Source: Candidatus Blackburnbacteria bacterium (GTDB lineage Bacteria > Patescibacteriota > Microgenomatia > UBA8517 > UBA10165). Taken from it: a stretch of DNA of 64,000 nt. Both the position numbers and the translations under genes were made by a program. The stretch covers positions 358,479-422,478 of the forward strand of contig JACPEJ010000001.1 in the NCBI GenBank assembly GCA_016183565.1, read 5' to 3'. Numbering within the stretch: position 1 is the first letter of the stretch; the number at the start of each line of letters is the position of its first letter. Below the pieces are notes generated by a model that did no database searches, was not told the origin of the DNA, and was given only the letters and a program-made list of their open reading frames with translations. Of this stretch, positions 1-8,903 are shown piece by piece.

Positions 1-906
1 GCGTTGCATAATAAATTCATATGGTGGGGAGATGTTTTGTTGCGCAACTATTTTCAACCATACTCCACTCAATTTCTTTTTATAAATGGTGATCTTAACC
101 CCAGGCACTCTCCTTCCGGAATTGGTCAGCTTTATAAATATGAAGCGCCTTTCCTTTTGCTAGGCGTGGCTTTCTTTCTCACTCGTCCTTTTGATAAAAA
201 AGTTAAATTATTTTTTGCATTTTGGTTATTAGCGTCTCCGATTCCTGCGGCTTTGACTCGCGATGGGGGTATGCATGCTACTCGGCTATTTTTTTGGGTA
301 GCTCCCCTGCTGTTTTTAGTTGCGTTGGGAATTTATTATTCTTTTGAGTTATTTAAAGGTTTAGGGCGCAAGATTTTTATATTGGCAACAGTGGGTGTTT
401 TTGTGATAAGTTTTCTTTTCTACCAACATAAGTTTTGGGTTCATTATCCATGGGATTCGGAGCGTTGGTGGCATGCTGGATACGAAGATGCAATAAAAAC
501 AGCAGTTGCCGAAAGTGGCAAATACGACAGGGTGATTATAAGTATGTCTTCAGAGCCTGCATACATATTCTTTTTGGGGTGGTCCCAGTTTGACCCAAAT
601 ATATTTCACCAAAATTATCAGGAAAGAGGTAAGGGAAAGTGGCTTCCTTTAGAAACCCTTCCCGGTTTTGGACAAATATCAAAACTAGAAAAGTATTATT
701 TCGGCTCAGCTGGAGTAGATCTTTACAGTCTTGCGCAAGTGCTACCTGATAGTAGTCTTTATCTTGCAACAGCAAAAGACGTAAATGTAAATTTGATTTT
801 GGAACCCGAACGGTTGCCGAAAGATTTAAAACTTATAAAGTCGTCGCCGTTCCCCTCAGGTGAACCAGCGTACTACCTCTTGACCAAAAACACTTTGACA
901 CAATGA
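1..906 (+). CDS. ArnT/PMT-like GT-C membrane glycosyltransferase, 5'-truncated by window edge
   Basis: FLFINGDLNPRH, PIPAALT..HATR and EPAYIFFL motifs match the C-terminal half of the downstream paralogs. Confidence 0.8.
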   Translation, partial: ALHNKFIWWGDVLLRNYFQPYSTQFLFINGDLNPRHSPSGIGQLYKYEAPFLLLGVAFFLTRPFDKKVKLFFAFWLLASPIPAALTRDGGMHATRLFFWVAPLLFLVALGIYYSFELFKGLGRKIFILATVGVFVISFLFYQHKFWVHYPWDSERWWHAGYEDAIKTAVAESGKYDRVIISMSSEPAYIFFLGWSQFDPNIFHQNYQERGKGKWLPLETLPGFGQISKLEKYYFGSAGVDLYSLAQVLPDSSLYLATAKDVNVNLILEPERLPKDLKLIKSSPFPSGEPAYYLLTKNTLTQ

Positions 907-2180
907 AATCCATAACAAAAATACTCTTGATGGCTTTTCTCCTTCGAGTTGTCTTCTCATTTGTAACTTGGCATCCTGATTTGAATAACCATGTAGATTG
1001 GGGGATTAGGTTTTGGCAATATGGACCGGCAAAGTTTTACAGTCCGCAAGCAAATGTTTGGAGTTTTACATGGCCTAATCAGCCTCCAGGAACTATTTAT
1101 ATGTTTGCAGGAGTAAGGAAGGTTTTTGAAGCTGTTTTTGCATTCTTTTGGTTTATAAATGTAAAAGTGCCACTTTTTCCTTCTGGTATTATGTTGTTTT
1201 TTGAAAGAACACTTTATCAGGCACTTTTGAAATTACCAGCTATACTTGCTGATGTGGGAATGGCCTATCTGATATATCGAATCTTTGCAAAAGTTGGCAA
1301 GGAACGTATTGGCATTTTGGGGAGTATCTTGTTCTTGGCAAATCCGGTTGTTTGGTATAACTCAACAATTTGGGGACAGACAGATGCAACTATAAACTTT
1401 TTTGGCCTCTTGGCTTTTGTTTTGCTTTTAGAAAGAAGGCTTACTTTAGCAGTTGCTAGCCTTCTATTGTCTTTTTACATAAAAGTGTCACTTTTGGTGT
1501 TTTTGCCGATTTTTGCCATTGTTGTGTGGAGGCAGAGATACTCAGTGAAGAATATTCTTACGTCTATTGTCGTGCCTGTGTTTCTTGTTGGGTTGGTTAC
1601 CATTCCCTTTTCGCGAGGGGAACCGTATGGTTGGTTGTATGAGATTTACAAAAGCAAAGTTTTTACACAACAGCTACAGGTAATTACTGCTAATGCATTT
1701 AATATCTGGGCAGCATTAACAGGCATCCACGAGCGACCTCACACGCTAATGCTTGGACCGCTCTCTTATCAAATGTGGGGCTTGATTTTGTTTTTGGGAG
1801 CTATGGTTTCGATATTCAAAATGGTTTATAGAAAACAAGATGCAACCTTGGTTTTCTGGGCGCTGTCTATTACTGCCTTTGCGTCATTTATGTTCTTAAC
1901 GAATATGCATGAGCGTTATATATACCCGTTGTTTCCCATGCTTACTATATTGGTAGCGCAGAGCAAGAAATTATTGCCATTGTATCTTGGTATTTCAGCA
2001 ATCAGTCTTCTTAACTTGTACAATTTTTGGTGGTATCCGAGGATAGAGGTGTTGATTTATGCAATGTCTGCTTTTGATAGGTTAGCTCCTCGAGTTTTGG
2101 GATTAGTAAGTTTTGTGCTCTTTGTGTTTTTATATCTCCGCTTTGTTAAAAATTCCCAAGCGGAAGGAAAGCATATTTAA
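903..2180 (+). CDS. GT-C membrane glycosyltransferase, ALG6/ALG8- or GT87-like
   Basis: Multi-TM; NQPP, STIWGQTD, ANAFNIW and MHERY motifs; ATGA-coupled to upstream gene. Confidence 0.7.
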   Translation: MKSITKILLMAFLLRVVFSFVTWHPDLNNHVDWGIRFWQYGPAKFYSPQANVWSFTWPNQPPGTIYMFAGVRKVFEAVFAFFWFINVKVPLFPSGIMLFFERTLYQALLKLPAILADVGMAYLIYRIFAKVGKERIGILGSILFLANPVVWYNSTIWGQTDATINFFGLLAFVLLLERRLTLAVASLLLSFYIKVSLLVFLPIFAIVVWRQRYSVKNILTSIVVPVFLVGLVTIPFSRGEPYGWLYEIYKSKVFTQQLQVITANAFNIWAALTGIHERPHTLMLGPLSYQMWGLILFLGAMVSIFKMVYRKQDATLVFWALSITAFASFMFLTNMHERYIYPLFPMLTILVAQSKKLLPLYLGISAISLLNLYNFWWYPRIEVLIYAMSAFDRLAPRVLGLVSFVLFVFLYLRFVKNSQAEGKHI

Positions 2181-2200
2181 GCAATAACTTCAATTATTAT

Positions 2201-3757
2201 ATGAAAAAAACTATTGTTTACTCTGGTTTTGTGTTGTTTTTTGCTCTTACTGCTATTGTTTATGGAGCTTTATTAAGCCGGACTCCTGTTTATCTTAATC
2301 AAGATGAATTGGGGTTTGCACTAAATGCTTATTCAATTGCACAAACGGGGTTTGATGATAATAATCGTTTTTTCCCTTTGTATTTTTGGCACCTGGGTGT
2401 TATGTGGGCAACTCCGATAATTGTCTACGCAACAGCATTAGTTCTTAGGTTTTTACCCTTAACAGAGGGGATGATAAGATTGCCAAGTGTTTTTGTAGGG
2501 CTTTTGGATATTTTCTTAGTGTGGATTCTGGCAGGTAAGATTTTTAAGGAGAAAATATATGTTTTTCTTGCTGGATTTTTGCTAGCCACAACCCCTGTGC
2601 ATTTTATCCATAGCAGAATTCTTTTGGATAATCTTTTTGTGATTCCATTCGTGATTTTGTGGCTTATCTTATTGTCACTGTTTATCAAGGAAGGGCGAAT
2701 TGTTGATCTTGGGCTTGGGTTTTTTGTGCTCGGAGTAGGGGTCCATAGTTATCATGCAGCAAAGATTATGATGCCTTTGTATATTTTTCTTACAATTTGG
2801 GTTTTATGGTCGCAGGTAAAAAACAACAAGAAGCTTCTTGGAGTTGTTTTGGTTTCTTTTTTACTTCCTCTTCTGCCTTTTATTCCTTGGCTTTCTAAGT
2901 ATCCCGATACGCTTATTGACCAAGTTAAGTATACACAGCTTTATGATGCAAAGTTAAATCCCTTGGTTGGAGTTTTGAGTCTTTTGACTCCAAGAAGTTT
3001 GTTGCACAGAGTAGACGTATATGTGAATTACTTTAATCCGAAGTTTCTTTTCTTGAGGGGTGATGCTAGTTTGATTCATTCAACACAGAAGACTGGAGTA
3101 TTGTTATTCCCATTGGCTATATTTGTTCCTCTTGGAATTTTTAGTGCCTTAAGGAAATGGGAACCACTTGAGAAAATTTTGGTTGCTGGTTTCTTTACTG
3201 CGCCAATAGCTGCAACGATTGCTGGAGATCATTATAGAATTTCGAGGGCTCTTTTTATTTTACCTTTTGCTGTAATCTTAGCTACTTATGGAGTTAAATT
3301 CTTGTTTTCCTTGCGAAGTAGAAAGTGTCAAGTACTTGGGCTAGTTTTACTTTTCGCAATTCCTCTGCAAGGTTTTTATTTCCTATATGATTATTTTACT
3401 GATTACAGGTTGCGTTCGTATTCGTGGTTTAATAACAATGTTCCTGGTGCACTTGAATCGATTATTAAATATGATAGGCAACAATCATTGGTTCATGTAT
3501 ATTTCGATAAAACAATAGACTTCTTACCTAGTTATTGGAAGTTTTATTTAATAAAACATGACAGGCGAGATCTTCTTTGGAAAACAGAGTTTTTTGACCC
3601 GAAGTTTGTTGATACAGAATTGCTTCCTCAAAACACCCTTTTACTATACAGTCACCATAATGTTGATGGGCAAAAGCAAAGCATAGGTCAATTTAATAAG
3701 CTGGATCCAATATTTGAGCCAGACGGAGTCCAAAAGCTATACCTCTACAAAAACTAG
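2201..3757 (+). CDS. ArnT/PMT-like GT-C glycosyltransferase
   Basis: LNQDE loop-1 motif followed by NAYSIAQTG; IRLPS, HSR and SYHAAK motifs; multi-TM. Confidence 0.8.
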   Translation: MKKTIVYSGFVLFFALTAIVYGALLSRTPVYLNQDELGFALNAYSIAQTGFDDNNRFFPLYFWHLGVMWATPIIVYATALVLRFLPLTEGMIRLPSVFVGLLDIFLVWILAGKIFKEKIYVFLAGFLLATTPVHFIHSRILLDNLFVIPFVILWLILLSLFIKEGRIVDLGLGFFVLGVGVHSYHAAKIMMPLYIFLTIWVLWSQVKNNKKLLGVVLVSFLLPLLPFIPWLSKYPDTLIDQVKYTQLYDAKLNPLVGVLSLLTPRSLLHRVDVYVNYFNPKFLFLRGDASLIHSTQKTGVLLFPLAIFVPLGIFSALRKWEPLEKILVAGFFTAPIAATIAGDHYRISRALFILPFAVILATYGVKFLFSLRSRKCQVLGLVLLFAIPLQGFYFLYDYFTDYRLRSYSWFNNNVPGALESIIKYDRQQSLVHVYFDKTIDFLPSYWKFYLIKHDRRDLLWKTEFFDPKFVDTELLPQNTLLLYSHHNVDGQKQSIGQFNKLDPIFEPDGVQKLYLYKN

Positions 3758-3762
3758 TTTCT

Positions 3763-3792
3763 TTGCCCCTTTTTCTTAATTGAATGTATAAT
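3763..3792 (+). promoter_or_regulatory. sigma70-like promoter TTGCCC-18-TATAAT
   Basis: Perfect -10 at 3787-3792 in the intergenic gap before the ATG at 3822. Confidence 0.5.
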
Positions 3793-3821
3793 CGTAGTAG
3801 TAGAGTTGCTACTTGTATACC

Positions 3822-5549
3822 ATGCTTTGTAACCTACGCAAGTATAATGTCTCGCACATACTGCTTTTAAGCAGCATTGTCTTGCTGGCATTTCTTTTGC
3901 GTTTTGTTGGAATTTCTTCTTACCCGGTTGGTTTTACACCGGATGAGGCTTCTTTTGGGTATGATGCTTATTCACTTTTGAAGACTGGGAGGGATCAGTG
4001 GGGGGAATCATGGCCTTTAACTTTTCGCTCGTTTGGAGATTTTAAACTTCCTCTTTATGGTTATTTGACCGTTCCCTCGATCGCTCTTTTTGGCCTTAAT
4101 GAGTTTGCGGTTAGGTTGCCCAATGCTATTTTTGGCACTCTAGCGATTTTGGCAACATACCTTATGGTTGGACAAATGTTCAGAGACAGAAAAATACAAT
4201 TGTTTTCTGCGTTTTTGTTAGCAATTTCTCCTTGGCATGTTTCACTATCAAGAGGGGCTTTCGAGGCAAACCTGACAACCTTTTTTATGCCTTTTGGTAT
4301 TTGGGCTTTTTTGAAAGGTGTAAAGAAACCGCATTGGATGGTTGTTTCGGCAATAGCGTTTGGGCTCAACCTGTTTTCTTATCATTCTGCCCGACTTATA
4401 ACACCTCTAATAGTTCTTTCATTGTTGTGGTTTAATACTACACTCCTACGAACAGATCATTCCCTTTGGGAATGGAGGAGTGTAGGAAAACACAAGTGGG
4501 GATTAAGTGTTTTCAGCGCTTTTTTGGTGATTGCGGTCTATACAGTGTTTTTTGGGGCTGGTGCAAGAGGAGCGGATATTGCAATATTTAATCCAACGGA
4601 CAAATGGTCTGCAGTTTCTGATAGGCGGTACGAAGCTTTTTTGCAAGGGCTTCCAGATGGCGTGGCACGAGTTTTTTCGAACAAAGTGGTTTATGTGATT
4701 GATAATTTTGTTAACAATTACTTTTCTTATTTATCGCCACAATTTCTTTTTACTCAAGGAGCAGGAGAGTGGACTTATGGAATGATTCCAGGGTGGGGGG
4801 TGCTTTATTTAATTGAACTACCGTTTTTGTTATTTGCTTTATGGGGTGTTTTTGCAAGGCGTCCCCTTGCAGGATTGTCAAGGGGACGCCTTATTAAGGT
4901 TATATTGATCTGGATTCTACTTGCACCAATCCCGGCAGCCTTAACTAAAGGAGCGGGGTTTGCGGCAAATCGTGTTTCAGTAATGATGCCGGCGGTTCAA
5001 GTGTTATCAGCATACGGCGCAGTGGTATTGTGGGATGTTATGCAAAAGAGATGGCCAAAGTATAAGCAAGCATTGCTAGCTTGTTACCTTGTTAGTGTCT
5101 TAGTAAGTTTAGGTTTCTTTTTGGAAGACTATCGTTATCACGCACCTAAAAGTGCTGCTGGCGCTATGCTTTATGGAAGACGTGATGCTGTTGATTTTGC
5201 CGAGAGTTTGCAGGATCGATATGGGCGGATTGTTTTTTCAAAGAGTTTGTCTGAGCCCCAAATTTATGTTGCTTTTTATGGAGCTTGGGATCCCAAAGAC
5301 TATCAGGAGCAAGCACAAGGTTGGTTGCGATACGAGAAAGAATGGCTTCTTTTTGTTGATCAACTTGGTGAATATGGCCTAGGTAAGTACGTTTTTAGTG
5401 GTGTAAACAATATTAGAGAGAAGAATGAAAGCAACATTGTTTTGGTTGGTAAGCCCGAGGAATTTCGAAAAGAAGATAATATTTTGAAGGCAATATATTA
5501 TCCTGGCGGTAAGCCGGCAATTTTATTAACAGAATTTAATCCAAATTAA
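3822..5549 (+). CDS. ArnT/PMT-like GT-C glycosyltransferase
   Basis: FTPDEASFGYDAYSLLKTGRDQWG, AISPWHVSLSR and SYHSAR motifs; start uncertain (TTG 3813 or ATG 3822). Confidence 0.85.
   Translation: MLCNLRKYNVSHILLLSSIVLLAFLLRFVGISSYPVGFTPDEASFGYDAYSLLKTGRDQWGESWPLTFRSFGDFKLPLYGYLTVPSIALFGLNEFAVRLPNAIFGTLAILATYLMVGQMFRDRKIQLFSAFLLAISPWHVSLSRGAFEANLTTFFMPFGIWAFLKGVKKPHWMVVSAIAFGLNLFSYHSARLITPLIVLSLLWFNTTLLRTDHSLWEWRSVGKHKWGLSVFSAFLVIAVYTVFFGAGARGADIAIFNPTDKWSAVSDRRYEAFLQGLPDGVARVFSNKVVYVIDNFVNNYFSYLSPQFLFTQGAGEWTYGMIPGWGVLYLIELPFLLFALWGVFARRPLAGLSRGRLIKVILIWILLAPIPAALTKGAGFAANRVSVMMPAVQVLSAYGAVVLWDVMQKRWPKYKQALLACYLVSVLVSLGFFLEDYRYHAPKSAAGAMLYGRRDAVDFAESLQDRYGRIVFSKSLSEPQIYVAFYGAWDPKDYQEQAQGWLRYEKEWLLFVDQLGEYGLGKYVFSGVNNIREKNESNIVLVGKPEEFRKEDNILKAIYYPGGKPAILLTEFNPN
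4438..4485. repeat. Nested inverted repeat inside CDS
   Basis: CTACACTCCT (4438-4447) pairs with AGGAGTGTAG (4476-4485) and encloses CATTCCC-TTT-GGGAATG. Confidence 0.8.
4854..4892. repeat. Perfect 14-bp inverted repeat (REP-doublet-like) inside CDS
   Basis: AAGGCGTCCCCTTG (4856-4869) pairs with CAAGGGGACGCCTT (4879-4892); each arm is itself AAGG-N5-CCTT. Confidence 0.85.
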
Positions 5550-5563
5550 TTCTTCTTGCTTTA

Positions 5564-7201
5564 ATGTTTAAAAAGTCAACTTTATTAATAATTGCTTTGT
5601 TGATAGTTGTTGTTGCTCCGACCTTCGCAAGAATGCTTAGGCCTGGTATTTATTCGATGCAGGACTATCACTTTTTTAGACTTTACGAATTTGACCGTTG
5701 TGTTCGGGATTTACAAATTCCTTGCCGGTGGTCTCCGGATGCAGGACTTGGTTTTGGTGAACCATTGTTTAATTTCTATGGACAGTTGGCCTATGTGCCA
5801 GGAGCAGTACTTCATTTGTTGGGTGTTTCGCTTACTGATTCTTTGAAATTACTTTTTATTTTTTCTCTTTTCGGTTCGGCTTTAACTATGTTTTTTTTGG
5901 CACGACAAATTTGGGGGAATAATTCTGCTGCATTCCTATCGTCTGTGCTGTATGTTTGGGCGCCTTACAGAGCAATTGATGTTTGGGTGCGAGGTGCCCT
6001 TCCAGAGGCTTTGAGTTTTGTGATATTTCCGCTTGTTGTATATAGGTTTAACTTACTTGTTAAAAGAGGGAAAGCTTTTGATTTGTTATTGTTTAGTGTT
6101 GTTTTTGCCCTTCTTATACTGACTCACAATCTTTCCACATTTATGTTTGGCTTTTTTCTATTGGGTTGGATTTTTTACAAATTAATATCTTTGAAAAAAT
6201 TTAGAGTTTTACCAAAGATTTTGGGAGGATTTATTCTTTCAGGGCTTTTGTCTGCTTTTTACCTCTTGCCTGTTGTTTTTGAATCGCAGTTTGTGCGTCT
6301 TGAAAATATGACTCAAGGATATTTTGATTTCAGAGGACATTTTGCTGGTATTTGGCAACTTTTGTTTTCAAGATTTTGGGGATATGGTGCTTCGCTTTTT
6401 GGGCCGAATGATGATTTAAATATTTCAATTGGACACCTTCAATGGATTATTCCTCTTTTAGCTTTGGTTGTTTGTGTTGTAAGAAGTAGAAAAAATTTGG
6501 GTAGACTTGTGATGTTGGTTGGTATGGGTTGGTTCTTACTGTTTTTGACACATAACAAGTCTTCTTTTATTTGGGAGAGTTTTCCACAAATGGCCTTTAT
6601 TCAGTTTCCTTGGAGATTTTTAGCTGTTGCTGTTTTTGCTTTTTCGTTAGCTGGAGGAGCTTTTGTGATAACTTTTGGCAGGTATGCTAAGTTTATGGTT
6701 TTAGGTCTTAGCGTGTTTGCAGTTTTTTTAAATTATTCGTTTTTCAAAGAAGATATTTGGAGGAATGTGGGTGATAAAGACATTACTAGTGGAATTTATT
6801 GGGAGGAGCAAACTAGGGCTTCTATACAAGATTATTGGCCTCGGTATGGAAATATTCCTCCTGAGTCTGTGCCCTCTGACTTTGATAACGCCAAGTTAGT
6901 GGATAAGAAAAGTAACGTTGTTTCGTACTATGTTACTACTCAAGAAAAACAAGAGGTCCAATTTCCTGTTACTTATTTTCCGGGATGGGTTGCTAGAATA
7001 GAAAGTACAAAATATGAAACACATCCAACGGGGGAGTATGGTTTGGTAACAAGCACGTTGCCGCAGCTTAACAATACTCTTGTTACTTTGGAATTTAGGG
7101 ATACGTTTGTAAGATTGATTGGTAATGTGGTTAGCATGGTGTCGTTTGTAGCTTTAGTGGTGGTGTTCGGCATTTTTAGAAAAAGAACACATGCAACGTA
7201 A
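5564..7201 (+). CDS. YfhO-like (PTPS-related membrane domain) GT-C glycosyltransferase
   Basis: RWSPDAGLGFGEPLFNFY, RGALPE, THNL, QFPWRFL and YFPGW motifs; C-terminal TM. Confidence 0.75.
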   Translation: MFKKSTLLIIALLIVVVAPTFARMLRPGIYSMQDYHFFRLYEFDRCVRDLQIPCRWSPDAGLGFGEPLFNFYGQLAYVPGAVLHLLGVSLTDSLKLLFIFSLFGSALTMFFLARQIWGNNSAAFLSSVLYVWAPYRAIDVWVRGALPEALSFVIFPLVVYRFNLLVKRGKAFDLLLFSVVFALLILTHNLSTFMFGFFLLGWIFYKLISLKKFRVLPKILGGFILSGLLSAFYLLPVVFESQFVRLENMTQGYFDFRGHFAGIWQLLFSRFWGYGASLFGPNDDLNISIGHLQWIIPLLALVVCVVRSRKNLGRLVMLVGMGWFLLFLTHNKSSFIWESFPQMAFIQFPWRFLAVAVFAFSLAGGAFVITFGRYAKFMVLGLSVFAVFLNYSFFKEDIWRNVGDKDITSGIYWEEQTRASIQDYWPRYGNIPPESVPSDFDNAKLVDKKSNVVSYYVTTQEKQEVQFPVTYFPGWVARIESTKYETHPTGEYGLVTSTLPQLNNTLVTLEFRDTFVRLIGNVVSMVSFVALVVVFGIFRKRTHAT

Positions 7202-8903
7202 TTCTTTTGCTCTTTTGTTCCTGATTGTTATTTTTGGATTGGGGTTGCGCCTTTATAATATTTCCGATGTGCCCCCTAGTCTTAATTGGGATGAGGTAAG
7301 TCATGGTTATAATGCTTATTCTATTCTTAGGACAGGAAGAGATGAGTGGGGGAAGCAGTTTCCGGTGACTAATTTTCGAGCGTATGGTGATTACCCTTTA
7401 CCGTTAAATTTGTATTTTCTTATTCCGTCTGTTGCGGTTTTTGGTTTAACTGAGTTTGGAATTCGGTTTCCTCATGTTATTTTAGGCACACTCACAATTA
7501 TCAGCTCGTTTTTTCTTGCTTACGGGGTAGCTAGGAGGCGGGTAGTAGGTTTTCTAGTTGCTCTTTTGGTAGCTATTGAGCCTTGGTATGTTTTTCCCTC
7601 GCGCTTTGTTCTTCAGTCTAACATGTCGGTGTTTTTAATCATCACGAGTATGGCTTTGTTTTTTAATCGTGAGAAACACAGGATTTTTTTACCATTAGCA
7701 GCCTTTTTGTTGGGGCTGACCTTATTTGCTTATCACAGTACCAGAATTTTCTCACCACTTCTTTTATTAGCAGTTATTTTTATATACAGACCTGACTTGT
7801 TTAAATGCTTGAAGAAGGAGAGCGTATTGTCGATGATCTTGTGGGGTGTGGCTTCTGTATTTTTTTTATCCTTGCCTGTGATACTTTTGAATAATGAAGC
7901 GCGAGCAAGAGCAAATTGGGTTTTTTTAATTGATCAAGGAGCTGTCAATAAGATTATTGAGAGCAGGAGTAATTCTCACCTTCCTCCAATTCTTGTTAAA
8001 GCGGTTTATAATCGGCCTGTTTATTTTATTAAAGCGTTCTCACAGCGCTATGTTGAATACTTTTCTCCGGAATTTCTCTTCTATAAAGGGGGAACTCACT
8101 ATCAATTTAGTGTGCCGGACACAGGATTATTGTACAAAATAAATTTGCCGTTTTTCTACCTAGGCTTATTCTGTATTATATGTGCTGCTCTTAAGCGTAA
8201 AAAGGATTACATTTTTGTAACTGTGTGGTTTTTATTAGCTCCAATTCCAGCAAGTATAACCCAAGAACATTTTGCCGTGCTGCGTTCTACAACCTTCTTA
8301 CCTCTGCCGCAGCTTTCTGTAGCATTAGGATTTTTGTTTGGACTAGATTTAATAAAAAGAAAGTTTGGAAGGGGCGAGGTATCTGGAAAGGTTGCTGTTA
8401 CACTTTATGTTGCACTCCTTTTAATTGAGTTAGAAGGATATTTAACTGTATTGTTTACTGAGTATAATCAAAAATATTCTTGGGCATGGCAGTATGGTTA
8501 TAAACAAGTAGCAGAGTATGCGAAGCAGAGATATGGAAATTATGACAAATTTATTGTTACTAAAAAGTATGGCGAACCACACGAGTTTTTCCTTTTCTAT
8601 TTGCATTATGATCCGCGAAAATATATGAACGACCTTGGTACTGTTCGATACTTTAAGTCGGATTGGTATTGGGTAGATGGGTTTGATAAGTTTTATTTTC
8701 TCAATGACTGGAATGTAGTAGGAGACACAGGTACAGATGGAGGTACAGAATTTGTGTTGGAGAGTGGTGGAACTGTGGATTGCAGGATGTTACGGTGTTT
8801 GATGATTACTAGTCCAGGGAATTATCCCTTGGGATGGCGATTGGTCGAAACTATTTATTTTCTTGACGGAAAGACTGCTTTTGAGATTTTGGAAAACATA
8901 TGA
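7191..8903 (+). CDS. ArnT/PMT-like GT-C glycosyltransferase
   Basis: LNWDEVSHGYNAYSILRTGRDEWG and AYHSTR motifs. Confidence 0.85.
   Translation: MQRNSFALLFLIVIFGLGLRLYNISDVPPSLNWDEVSHGYNAYSILRTGRDEWGKQFPVTNFRAYGDYPLPLNLYFLIPSVAVFGLTEFGIRFPHVILGTLTIISSFFLAYGVARRRVVGFLVALLVAIEPWYVFPSRFVLQSNMSVFLIITSMALFFNREKHRIFLPLAAFLLGLTLFAYHSTRIFSPLLLLAVIFIYRPDLFKCLKKESVLSMILWGVASVFFLSLPVILLNNEARARANWVFLIDQGAVNKIIESRSNSHLPPILVKAVYNRPVYFIKAFSQRYVEYFSPEFLFYKGGTHYQFSVPDTGLLYKINLPFFYLGLFCIICAALKRKKDYIFVTVWFLLAPIPASITQEHFAVLRSTTFLPLPQLSVALGFLFGLDLIKRKFGRGEVSGKVAVTLYVALLLIELEGYLTVLFTEYNQKYSWAWQYGYKQVAEYAKQRYGNYDKFIVTKKYGEPHEFFLFYLHYDPRKYMNDLGTVRYFKSDWYWVDGFDKFYFLNDWNVVGDTGTDGGTEFVLESGGTVDCRMLRCLMITSPGNYPLGWRLVETIYFLDGKTAFEILENI

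Noticed and set aside
5891-5898. Poly-T and poly-A tracts of 7-9 nt as phase-variation sites
   Set aside because: Very common in these Phe/Lys-rich AT-rich genes and in frame; only the tract at 56549 coincides with a broken frame
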